From Anaerolineae bacterium (GTDB lineage Bacteria > Chloroflexota > Anaerolineae > Aggregatilineales > J027): a DNA stretch of 64,000 nucleotides. Each line of letters begins with the position of its first letter. Positions within the stretch are counted from its first letter, which is position 1. The notes beneath the pieces were generated by a model. It worked only from the letters and a program-made list of their open reading frames with translations, was not told the origin of the DNA and made no database searches. A program made the translations under genes and the position numbers. Shown here one piece after another: positions 18,376-27,296 of this stretch. The DNA is taken from contig JAIOHL010000105.1 in the NCBI GenBank assembly GCA_019913005.1, positions 11,177 through 75,176 on the forward strand, in the 5' to 3' direction.

Positions 18376-21300
18376 TTAGGAAGTTGAAGGATTGCGGTCA
18401 CGATAAACGCGGCGCTCGAACGGGAAGGTTGGCGGGAAACGGTCTTCCCATGCCACATTTTCATCTTCCTGCTGCAAATAGGCCAAAATGAAATCATCCA
18501 AGCGACCTTTTTCCATCACGTCTTTGATGCGCGTAGTACGTACCGTTGTACGTGTATCCCGTACAAAACGTTCGCCCTGTTTTTCTAACGAGTAGGTGCG
18601 AATGACAGTGAGTTTTTCGGTAGGGGGTGGTGGACGTTTGCCATCCGCAATCTCGTTTTTGATGTACTGATAATCTGAGAGCCAACGGCTGATATTGGTA
18701 CCATCAGGAATCGCAAATACCTGCACCCGACACAACTCATCCGATGCGCCATCCATCCCAACCAGTTTATGAGTGCCTCGTTCGCCTTTGAGGAAACCAA
18801 AAACATTACTGCCTTCAAAAAAGATAGCGAATTCTTCTGAGGGAGCATAACCTTCAAAACGTTTGATAAGTTCATCATAGTTCCCAGCGGTGACATGATG
18901 AAAACCCATCTTGCCGGGGCTTTTTTCATCTGGTTGCAACAAATACACCTCACGGTCATAACCCTTACGCTCCGCCCATTCCAGATACATCCGGGCGATT
19001 TTGCGCGGCCACTCCGTCGCGGCCTGTTGATCTTTCATCGGCGATTGGCCCAAGCGATTAATTAACATCATGGCTTGGTGGCGATGCGGTAGATGTCCCG
19101 TCCGCATCTCGATTTCGAGATACAGCACATTGCTATACAGTTCAGCATAATCCCGCGCCAAATCGGGCTGATAACGTAAGTCGCGCTCCCGATTGACCAG
19201 CATCGCAAAATCTTCTAGATATTCGCAGCGTTCGAGCAATTGACGCAAGCGACGGGTCAGGCGGTCAAGGAAATAGAACCGTGCCAATTTGCGGCGAGCC
19301 TCATCCCCCTTGTCCCAAAAATCCGGCTGTTGGGTGGCTGCCAAGAGTGCCGCTTTTTCAGTGTTCATCTCTTTGACCGTATCACTGTCGGCCCAATCCG
19401 CTAATTTGCGCCGCAGCATAGCGAACCCTTCCAACAACTGCCCGGTATCCATTTGCAGCTTTTGGATATCTGTGCCATCCAGCGCCGTCGAAAGGGCCAC
19501 TTGAGTTGTGGTACGTGCTTCGTCAATCGGCACGAGCTTGAGGTTGATCTGCTTGCTTTCCCGATCTACCTCAATCCGCATTAACTCAGTATCGTCCACC
19601 GATTTTTGGGCCAATTGGCGGGCCATTGGGGCGACCACCAACCGTTCAATTTCGCGTTTGAGTGGACGTGCGCCATATTGCGGGCTGTAGCCTTTTTCCA
19701 AGACTAGATCAATCACCGCATCGTCAATTTCGACCAACAAATTACGGCGGGTGATCCCATCACGCATGAGGATTTCGCCCAATTCGCGTGAGGCGATACT
19801 GCGCAGGGCCAGCGGTTCAAGTTGTTTAAACACCACCACATGGTCAATGCGATTGACAAATTCGGGCCGGAAGTATTTCTCGACCTGCTCTTTGAAATGC
19901 ACCATCAATTGGGCGTTTAGTTCGGCATAGTTGACATTCTCGCTGCCAAAACCCAAGCCTCGAAAACCGCCTGCCGACGTTCCCAGATTGCTCGTTAGGA
20001 TAATGATGCTGTTGTGGAAAAAGGTCGTGCGGCCCCCTGCGTCGGTTAAGCGCCCTTCCCCCAACACCTGCAAAAAGATGTCATAAATGCGTGGGGAGGC
20101 TTTTTCAAATTCATCCAACAGCACCACCGAGAACGGTTGGGCACGTACCTGCTTGGTCAATTCGCCTTCGCTGCCAAATGACCCAATGAGGCGCGATACC
20201 CCATCCAAATCAGCATATTCGCTCATATCAAAGCGAATCAGGCGTTTTTCGTCCCCAAACAGATAGGAGGCCAATGTTTTAGCGAGAAAGGTTTTGCCTA
20301 CCCCTGTCGGCCCAATAAACAAAAATGTGCCGAGCGGTTTGCCGGGGTCATTTAAACCTGCTTTGACCGTCGCTACTAAACTGACAATTGAACCAACCGC
20401 CTGCTCCTGACCGCGCACCCGCTCTATGAAGTATTTCTCAACTTCTGCCAGATCAAGACGCGAACGGTCATTAACAATAAATTCGGGCATCCCCGAATGG
20501 CGGGCAAAGGTATCAATCACATGCTGCCGTTTAACCACTGCCCGTTTGGGTAATCGCCGCAGCAGACTGGCCGACGTAGGAGCATCCCGCCCGTTATCCG
20601 ACTCGGACGAGTCTTTTTTTCGGGAGACATCCGCCACCGCTTCTTCCAACAAACGAATGGCCTTGCCGGGAAAAGCGCGATAGGGGGAAAATCGGCGCGA
20701 AAGCTGCGTGGCGGCTTCATTGGCACTAGGTTCAATGCGTAGGTCAAATTCCCGCTCCAAATCACGGGCCACGTTGCTCAAAACCGCGAGTGTTTCTTCC
20801 TCCGACATGGCAGGCACATCCACCCGCCGGAACAAGTTCATAAAATCCGAGCCGAGCCGTTCCCCCATCGTTACACGATCCGGCGACCCCTCCCCGATAA
20901 TCACGACCTCTCCAGAGGCGATATGAGGTTTTAGGGCTTGGGCGACGTTGGCATCACTTTTTGACCAACGACCAATTTCCAACAAACCGGGCAGATCGCT
21001 GACATACAAAATATGCTGCTTTTTGCGGCACTCATTGACCAAATCGTTGATGCGTTCTTCCCATGTGCCGATGTACTGTGCCCCTGCAATAATGCGATCC
21101 GGGGCCAGCATCCAGATTTCGCGTTCCACCAATCCTTCTGGTGCGTCTTGGGAAGCGACCCGCCGCACAATTTCATGCACAATCGAAGTTTTGCCACTTT
21201 CACTGGGGCCAGTTAGCAAAACGCTGTTATTACGCGATTGCAACAGCACCTGCATGGCCTTATCTACCACTTCTTCACGGTGATAAGCCTTGCGAAAGCG

Positions 21301-21930
21301 TTTTTCAGTCGCCTGCGCGGTCAAATTAATGCCTATTTCCTTCAAGGCCCAATGACCATCTCCACCGCCGCGCCCAAACATCCCACCGCGTTCATGGTTA
21401 TTGGATTCGCGTTCTTTGGGTTTTTTCAGCGAGACTTCAACTTCCAACGTCTCCAATGTCTCGGTACGCGCATACCGATATTCCATCAACTGATCGAGCG
21501 ACAGATTATCGAGCCAGCCTGCCAATTCGATATTGGCCTGCGTCTGCAATTCATCGGGTTGGTACACATAAAAAGCAGGCCCGTGTGGGCCAAGTTTTGG
21601 TACGGTGACATATAACTGACCGTCCTCTTGCGGCTCGACCAGTACACTGAATAACAGCTTGACCTTTTCGCGCCGTTTGTTGCGTTTCTTGCGATCAACT
21701 GGGCGGAGTTCAACCTGCACTTTTTGCAGATAAATGTGCGAATCAAACTCCAAACGATGCAGTTGGTTGGGTGGCATTTCACCAATGCGTTCCATCACGA
21801 CATCCGACAGCTCTTTTTTGATCTCCGTCATATTGATGCCGTAACTGCTGATGTCATAAAATGGCAGCACCGTCACGGTATACGTGCGGTTCCGATGTTT
21901 TTGAACGTAAAGATGAAATTTAAATTTCAT
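18376..21930 (-). CDS. Clp/Hsp100-type double AAA+ ATPase fused to a GGQ-less release-factor-2-like domain
   Basis: 1184 aa counted from ATG 21930; the ORF track starts at TTG 21945. D1 has Walker A GPSESGKT and the Walker B position reads ILYVSD. D2 has GPTGVGKT, VVLLDEFEKA and GARPLKR. The C-terminus carries RF2-like blocks: PDFWD, ARMYLEWAERKGY, GERGTHKLV, VQVFAIP and IRTYSL...DDFILAYL. There is no GGQ and no SPF. Confidence 0.85.
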   Translation of the reverse strand: MKFKFHLYVQKHRNRTYTVTVLPFYDISSYGINMTEIKKELSDVVMERIGEMPPNQLHRLEFDSHIYLQKVQVELRPVDRKKRNKRREKVKLLFSVLVEPQEDGQLYVTVPKLGPHGPAFYVYQPDELQTQANIELAGWLDNLSLDQLMEYRYARTETLETLEVEVSLKKPKERESNNHERGGMFGRGGGDGHWALKEIGINLTAQATEKRFRKAYHREEVVDKAMQVLLQSRNNSVLLTGPSESGKTSIVHEIVRRVASQDAPEGLVEREIWMLAPDRIIAGAQYIGTWEERINDLVNECRKKQHILYVSDLPGLLEIGRWSKSDANVAQALKPHIASGEVVIIGEGSPDRVTMGERLGSDFMNLFRRVDVPAMSEEETLAVLSNVARDLEREFDLRIEPSANEAATQLSRRFSPYRAFPGKAIRLLEEAVADVSRKKDSSESDNGRDAPTSASLLRRLPKRAVVKRQHVIDTFARHSGMPEFIVNDRSRLDLAEVEKYFIERVRGQEQAVGSIVSLVATVKAGLNDPGKPLGTFLFIGPTGVGKTFLAKTLASYLFGDEKRLIRFDMSEYADLDGVSRLIGSFGSEGELTKQVRAQPFSVVLLDEFEKASPRIYDIFLQVLGEGRLTDAGGRTTFFHNSIIILTSNLGTSAGGFRGLGFGSENVNYAELNAQLMVHFKEQVEKYFRPEFVNRIDHVVVFKQLEPLALRSIASRELGEILMRDGITRRNLLVEIDDAVIDLVLEKGYSPQYGARPLKREIERLVVAPMARQLAQKSVDDTELMRIEVDRESKQINLKLVPIDEARTTTQVALSTALDGTDIQKLQMDTGQLLEGFAMLRRKLADWADSDTVKEMNTEKAALLAATQQPDFWDKGDEARRKLARFYFLDRLTRRLRQLLERCEYLEDFAMLVNRERDLRYQPDLARDYAELYSNVLYLEIEMRTGHLPHRHQAMMLINRLGQSPMKDQQAATEWPRKIARMYLEWAERKGYDREVYLLQPDEKSPGKMGFHHVTAGNYDELIKRFEGYAPSEEFAIFFEGSNVFGFLKGERGTHKLVGMDGASDELCRVQVFAIPDGTNISRWLSDYQYIKNEIADGKRPPPPTEKLTVIRTYSLEKQGERFVRDTRTTVRTTRIKDVMEKGRLDDFILAYLQQEDENVAWEDRFPPTFPFERRVYRDRNPSTS

Positions 21931-22060
21931 GGTGTTCCAGTACAAATCTGCCCATTACCAAAGTTTGGAACGCACATTATAACATAATTGGGGTTGCGCC
22001 GATGGGGTGCGAAGGCCATACTTTTGGGGCGTCATTGCAGAAAAAGGAACCATTTACCGA

Positions 22061-22975
22061 ATGAAACCGAAAGCAACGATTTACACCGATGGCGGCTGTC
22101 AACCTAATCCCGGCCCCGGCGGTTGGGCAGTTTTGATTATTGATGAAAATGGGCAGGAACGCGAACTGTCGGGTGGCGAAAAAGATACCACCAACAACCG
22201 CATGGAACTGACGGCAGTGATGAATGCCCTCCTAGCCTTTGACCAGTCCCATGAAATTTACCTGTTTGTAGACAGCGAATATGTCAAAAAAGGGCTGACC
22301 GAATGGATGCCGGGGTGGATACGTAAAGATTGGCGCAGCAGCACAGGCCAGCCTGTCAAAAATCAAGATTTATGGGAACGGCTGAATGTGCTCGTTACGA
22401 AACACGACATCCATTGGAATTGGGTACGTGGTCACGCGGGGAATATCTATAACGAACGGGTAGATCGTCTAGCCGCCGCAGCCATTCCGGGCGCGAAACC
22501 TGCTGCTGAAAAAGCCCCGATTGTCATGATCGAAGCGGCATCCGGTACATTGAGCGTCTATTTTCGCGTGGTTGTGCCGAAGAATGGAGGACCGGGGGGT
22601 TGGGCAATTCGGGTGTGGGATGGCGACCAATCACAGGATTTTACAGGCCGTGTCCCCGCTGTCGAATCCACCAACAAACTCGAATTGATGATTGCCTCGC
22701 AGATTTTTAAAACCGTGCCCAAAGATGCCCCGCTGCGAATTTACTGTACCAGTGAATATGTCTTTAAGGGCATGACCGAGTGGATCAAAGGCTGGCAAAA
22801 GCGCAACTGGATGACTGCCAGCGGCACGCCTGTCAAATATGCGGAGATTTGGCGCGAACTGCAAAAATACACCTCGCAGAGTCGTCCAGTGGAATGGGCA
22901 CTTGAAGCAGGCAACCCGCTGGCATCGGCGGTGAATGGTCTCGATAAATTGGCACAGGCAGCCCTCAATAATTAG
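22061..22975 (+). CDS. rnhA: Ribonuclease HI with a second, degenerate RNase H-like domain
   Basis: Domain 1 has the full DEDD set plus His (IYTDGG, NNRMELTA, LFVDSEYV, GHAGN, NERVDRLA). Domain 2 (from about 22547) keeps GPGGWA, NKLELM and GLDKLA. The first Asp position is not acidic, and the third reads CTSEYV (Asp replaced by Thr). I chose the start at ATG 22061. Confidence 0.85.
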   Translation: MKPKATIYTDGGCQPNPGPGGWAVLIIDENGQERELSGGEKDTTNNRMELTAVMNALLAFDQSHEIYLFVDSEYVKKGLTEWMPGWIRKDWRSSTGQPVKNQDLWERLNVLVTKHDIHWNWVRGHAGNIYNERVDRLAAAAIPGAKPAAEKAPIVMIEAASGTLSVYFRVVVPKNGGPGGWAIRVWDGDQSQDFTGRVPAVESTNKLELMIASQIFKTVPKDAPLRIYCTSEYVFKGMTEWIKGWQKRNWMTASGTPVKYAEIWRELQKYTSQSRPVEWALEAGNPLASAVNGLDKLAQAALNN

Positions 22976-23050
22976 GGGATTCTGCTACCCCCTCCCACAT
23001 GTCGCGTATAATTTTTCATAGGGGAAAACAAATTTCAAGGAACTGCGCTT

Positions 23051-23875
23051 ATGAAAATTTATCGTGTACTGGTGCCTATCATGCTATTGATGGGGGCAAC
23101 ACTCGCCTGCGATCTCAGTGAGGTCGAAGATACTGTCAATGCTGTAAGCAAGGCTGTCACCCTGCTCACCGAAATCAGTGAGAGCGGGACATGGAAATAC
23201 ACCACCGAAGGCTTGGAAGCACTCGATAAAACCAATGGATTCGCCGCCGAAGCCACCATGACCTCCGGGGATACCACCGCGACGGGTGAAAGTATCACCC
23301 AAATCAATCGGCAGGTATTCTGGTCAATCAGTGCTGATGCGCAGGGCGATTCGATATTGCGAATTACACAAGGCGGCACGGTGCGCGAATATTTGACGGT
23401 AGATAAGAAACGCTATCTCATCAACGCCGATGGCACGTATTCCTGCGACGATACCACCAATGAAGATGAAATTTTCGCGGGTAATGTGGGGGATTTGTTT
23501 GTGCAATACAGTGCCACTGCCATCGGGGTGCAGGCGATTTCGGTTGCCGAACGGGAAAACACCAATGTCAGCATGAATGGCTTTACCACCACCCAATATC
23601 ATCTTGTCTCGAAATTGCAGGACGCCCTCGACATTTTGAAGGATGTGGATTCGGAAGATTTAAAGAAAGAAATCGCCGATGTGCCGCCCTTCTACATTGA
23701 CGGCACGATTTACATTGATAACGCCACCAAAGCCCTAATTCGATTTGAGGCGACCTATTCCGACCTTGAACGCCACGAAGGGAATACCTTCATTTTTAAC
23801 GTGACGGCGTTAGGCAATCAACCCGACTACACCGCCCCCGACCCCGCCAAAATTGTGAGGCAGTGCGGTTCATAA
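23051..23875 (+). CDS. Lipoprotein, function unknown
   Basis: 274 aa with a signal peptide and lipobox (LLMGATLAC). I recognise no motif. Confidence 0.55.
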   Translation: MKIYRVLVPIMLLMGATLACDLSEVEDTVNAVSKAVTLLTEISESGTWKYTTEGLEALDKTNGFAAEATMTSGDTTATGESITQINRQVFWSISADAQGDSILRITQGGTVREYLTVDKKRYLINADGTYSCDDTTNEDEIFAGNVGDLFVQYSATAIGVQAISVAERENTNVSMNGFTTTQYHLVSKLQDALDILKDVDSEDLKKEIADVPPFYIDGTIYIDNATKALIRFEATYSDLERHEGNTFIFNVTALGNQPDYTAPDPAKIVRQCGS

Positions 23876-23893
23876 ATAAATACGGCTTAAGAA

Positions 23894-23937
23894 ATTCTCG
23901 CCTTTGGAAAATGTGGTGGAAATCCAAAGGCGAGAAT
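23894..23937. terminator. 15-bp perfect inverted repeat (hairpin) between convergent genes
   Basis: ATTCTCGCCTTTGGA (23894-23908), 14-nt loop, TCCAAAGGCGAGAAT (23923-23937). There is no U-tract on either side. Confidence 0.55.
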
Positions 23938-23950
23938 CACTTCATGGGGT

Positions 23951-24496
23951 TCAATCGGCAAAGTAGATGTCGTAAATGCACATGTCATCACCTTTAAGCC
24001 GCGATGGGGAATCAGCACGCTGCACTTGAAAGGTCTGGCCTTTGTGTGCAAATTTCTTGACGGTACGATAAATAATGCCGTAGTCAAAGTCGCTGGGATA
24101 GGGATTCTCACATACCATTCGGATATGGTGGGGTTCCGCAAATTCGATGCGGTAATGACCAATCTCGCCCCCTCGGTGGTTGATATGATAGGCGGTGTCA
24201 ATACTCCCCAACGCGGTTTCGACTGAATCCACGTTCGGCGGCCACATAGCATTCTCTGGAATCTGCATTCCAATACTCATCAGGTCAACGGCTGAACTGG
24301 CAAAACTCCACCCGTCGTTGATGGACTTCAGCACATCAAGGAAGGCTTGCAAGGGATACCACTTATCAGGCCGCACATCGAAAATTTCATGTTTTTCAAG
24401 CAGCGGAACAATTTCGGCCTTCAAGTGCGCGATGGCCGCCAAAATAACCGCTCCAGAGACTTCAACATTTGGATCATACGCTATAAACTGAGCCAT
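23951..24496 (-). CDS. Hypothetical cytoplasmic protein (181 aa)
   Basis: Long ORF with coding-like composition. I can name no family. Confidence 0.55.
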   Translation of the reverse strand: MAQFIAYDPNVEVSGAVILAAIAHLKAEIVPLLEKHEIFDVRPDKWYPLQAFLDVLKSINDGWSFASSAVDLMSIGMQIPENAMWPPNVDSVETALGSIDTAYHINHRGGEIGHYRIEFAEPHHIRMVCENPYPSDFDYGIIYRTVKKFAHKGQTFQVQRADSPSRLKGDDMCIYDIYFAD

Positions 24497-24640
24497 TTTC
24501 TTTTCCTTATCTGGAAGATTAAAAACGAGGCAGTGGCGCTGCGAAGTAAGAGCGATGCTTTAATACAATGTAGTTGTAAATCAGTGTAGCGGGACTTTGA
24601 GCTAAACTCACCTAATAAAAGTCATTAATTCTGTAGGCAT

Positions 24641-25300
24641 TCATTCATCTTTTGCCGATACCAAGCCATGCTGCCATGCCAATGCCGCCGCCTGGGTGCG
24701 ATCTGTGACGTTCAACTTGGCAAAAATCGAACTGACATAATTCCGCACCGTGCCCTCCGCCAAAACAAGCCGTTCTGCAATCGCCGCGTTGCTCATCCCC
24801 CGCGCCAGCAACTGCAAAATCTCCCGTTCGCGCTCATTCAATTCGTTGGCTATCGTCGAGGTTTGAGGCATGGGTCGTGCATTGCCCCGCACCAATGCGA
24901 ACAATTTATCCGCCACAGCTGGGTCAACCGGGGTCTGGCCCGCCATCGTGTGCTGAATCGCGTTGACAATATCCTCCCGCCGTGAATCTTTCAGCAAATA
25001 CCCCGCCGCCCCTGCCTGAATCGCATCAAACACCCACTCATCCTCAACGTAGGTCGTCAGCACGAGTACACGAATATCGGGATACTGCTCCCGAATTTTG
25101 CGCGTAGCATGGATGCCATTCATTCCCGGCATTTTTAAATCCATCAGCACCAATTCTGGCTTGGTGGTGGGAACAAGTTCCAATGCCTGCGCCCCATCCT
25201 GCGCGATACCCACCACCTCAATGCCGGGGGTGGCGCTCAAAATGGCCTTTAAACCTTCGGAAACAACAATCTGGTCATCCACAATTAAAATGCGTGTCAT
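24641..25300 (-). CDS. NarL/FixJ-family response regulator (REC plus LuxR HTH)
   Basis: ILIVDDQ, LVLMDLKMPGMNG and YLLKD mark the REC domain. The HTH is EREILQLLARGMSNAAIAERLVLAEGTVRNYVSSIFAKL. It overlaps the upstream kinase gene by 4 nt. Confidence 0.92.
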   Translation of the reverse strand: MTRILIVDDQIVVSEGLKAILSATPGIEVVGIAQDGAQALELVPTTKPELVLMDLKMPGMNGIHATRKIREQYPDIRVLVLTTYVEDEWVFDAIQAGAAGYLLKDSRREDIVNAIQHTMAGQTPVDPAVADKLFALVRGNARPMPQTSTIANELNEREREILQLLARGMSNAAIAERLVLAEGTVRNYVSSIFAKLNVTDRTQAAALAWQHGLVSAKDE

Positions 25301-26532
25301 GCCGTTTTCATCATCTCCACACTAAATTCGACCCGTGTCCCCTGCCCCGGTTGGCTTTGCACATTCAATTGACCGCCACACAATGCGGCCCGTTCCTGCA
25401 TCCCCACCAAACCATAGTGTCCATTTTGTGTGGCCTTGCTAAGATCAAACCCCTCGCCGTTATCCATCACCAGCAGTTTTAGCTGACCGCCATCATAACC
25501 GAGCATCACCCCCAACGCTGACGCATTCGCATGGCGCACCACATTGTTCATGGCTTCTTCGGCAATGCGATAAATGGTCTGCTGAATGGTTGGGTGTAGT
25601 TCGCCGAGTGTTTCAGCGGTCTGCATACTCAATTGTAACCCAGCCCGTTCCGCGTTCATTTGGGCCAAGTGCCGCACCGCCAATATCAAACCTAAATCTT
25701 CTAATGGACTAGCACGTAAGGCTTTGAGGGCGCGGCGAGCTTCGGTCAGGCCATTGCGCGTCAAATCTTTGGAGAGGGTCAGCGTTTCGCGGGCTTTAAT
25801 CGGGTCAGTATCCCATAGTACATCTACCGCCTCCAACTGTACTGCTACCGCGCTTAAGGTATGGGCCAATGTGTCATGCAGTTCGCGTGCCATCCGGTTG
25901 CGTTCGCGGCTGACTGCCAACTGCTCCAATGTGGTGGCGTAATGGGCGAGGCGGGCATTCGAGAGGGCTAAGGCGCGGCGCTCTTCGCGTTGCCCATTCA
26001 TTAATTTGCTAACCAGATAGGCGAAAGGGATAAAAATGATGAGGCGAAAAAGACCCTGCTCAATCATAATTCCCAACGCAGGGCCACGTAAAATAGCGAG
26101 GGCAAGATAAAGGCTGAGTTCCGCTAAGGTCGCCCCCACAATATAGATGGTTGTCCACCGGAAGCCATATTGTACACTCACAAAAATCATTGGCACAAAC
26201 AGCCATAGCGTGGTCAATCCCGGATCAGGCCATGCCGCATTCCCTCGCGTGCCTTCGAGCATCCTCACAAAAACACTGAAGGCTTCGATCAAAATGGGAC
26301 TGGCGGTAGCCCCAAATAGTGCGATGGGTAAAAAATAGCGCCCCAGTTTCCGACGCAACAAGGGCCATGCTAGATACCCCATCAACAGGGTGGAGGCGAT
26401 CACCATCAACAAAAAGTTGACTGCCTCTTTATTATCAGACAATGCCCCACACAGTGCCAGCAGCATCACCGCCAGCCATGTGCCAACATAGAGCCTAAAT
26501 ACTTGAAGTAAGCCGGGTTCCATGTGTTTCAT
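25297..26532 (-). CDS. Sensor histidine kinase (HisKA_3 type), polytopic N-terminus
   Basis: The H-box is ARELHDTLAHTLS. The HATPase_c boxes are NNVVRHANAS, DNGEGF and GHYGLVGMQERA. The N-terminal region has about 6 TM. The start is uncertain (ATG 26532 or 26523; the ORF track extends to 26613). Confidence 0.88.
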   Translation of the reverse strand: MKHMEPGLLQVFRLYVGTWLAVMLLALCGALSDNKEAVNFLLMVIASTLLMGYLAWPLLRRKLGRYFLPIALFGATASPILIEAFSVFVRMLEGTRGNAAWPDPGLTTLWLFVPMIFVSVQYGFRWTTIYIVGATLAELSLYLALAILRGPALGIMIEQGLFRLIIFIPFAYLVSKLMNGQREERRALALSNARLAHYATTLEQLAVSRERNRMARELHDTLAHTLSAVAVQLEAVDVLWDTDPIKARETLTLSKDLTRNGLTEARRALKALRASPLEDLGLILAVRHLAQMNAERAGLQLSMQTAETLGELHPTIQQTIYRIAEEAMNNVVRHANASALGVMLGYDGGQLKLLVMDNGEGFDLSKATQNGHYGLVGMQERAALCGGQLNVQSQPGQGTRVEFSVEMMKTA

Positions 26533-26712
26533 AGTTTCAATCGTAACACACGTCAACCTGACCCGATACTGCGTTGAATCATATCCTACATGACAGGTGT
26601 CATATGACAGCATGAGCCATCTCCCACCAAGTCATGACCCCGTTGACTACATCGGATTTTCCATCCCTGCTATCGTGAAATCATCTTATGCGATTGCTCT
26701 GGAGGTAACATC

Positions 26713-27279
26713 ATGGGTATTGGGGATTCGATCTTAGCTATAAGCTGTCTCGCAGGGTTGATGTTGGCGCTGCCCGCCCTGTTGATTTTTCTAAATCTCG
26801 GGTTTTATGACACCAGCACCCGCGCCGCAACCCGTCTAGCCAAAGGCGCGATTACCCCGTTTTTTGTGGGACTGATTCCGGTGCTATTTGTGGGTGGCCC
26901 CGCCGTGTTATTCATTTCAATTGGGAGTTTTATGCAGGCGTGCGGCACCATCTTTATGCTGCTGGTGTCACTGTGGGCCTTCTGGGGATTAGCCGTCGTC
27001 GCTCGACTGATTGGGATGCGGATTGCATGGATGAATCGGCGGGATGAAAACGCACTGGTCGAATCTATCAGCGGTGCGGTGGCTCTCTCATTTGCCATTG
27101 CCTTCCCGGTCATCGGTTGGTTTATCGTGCTACCCTTTGGTTTGATAATCGGCATGGGCGCGATTGTGATCGTGATGGCAGGTCGCTTTGGGCAAATTTT
27201 TACGGGCAATCCCCGCCCCAAGCCCGTCGTTCAGCCCCAATATCAGACTACCCTTGAACCCCAACCCGCCGAAGCCTAG
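26713..27279 (+). CDS. Integral membrane protein (about 5 TM), function unknown
   Basis: 188-aa hydrophobic ORF. It lies directly upstream of the DUF1800 gene. Confidence 0.55.
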   Translation: MGIGDSILAISCLAGLMLALPALLIFLNLGFYDTSTRAATRLAKGAITPFFVGLIPVLFVGGPAVLFISIGSFMQACGTIFMLLVSLWAFWGLAVVARLIGMRIAWMNRRDENALVESISGAVALSFAIAFPVIGWFIVLPFGLIIGMGAIVIVMAGRFGQIFTGNPRPKPVVQPQYQTTLEPQPAEA

Positions 27280-27296
27280 TTATGGAGGGTGCTTCC

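Noticed and set aside
21931-22060. Search for a shared promoter or operator in the divergent spacer between the AAA+/RF-like gene and rnhA (CATAAT at 21983-21988; small GC hairpin near 21990-22015)
   Set aside because: No convincing -35 partner or symmetric operator could be identified by eye. I left it unannotated rather than guess.
23887-24273. 128-aa minus-strand ORF overlapping the 23951-24496 gene in another frame and running through the 15-bp hairpin
   Set aside because: It is out of frame with the longer, better ORF and includes the palindromic terminator sequence. It is probably spurious.
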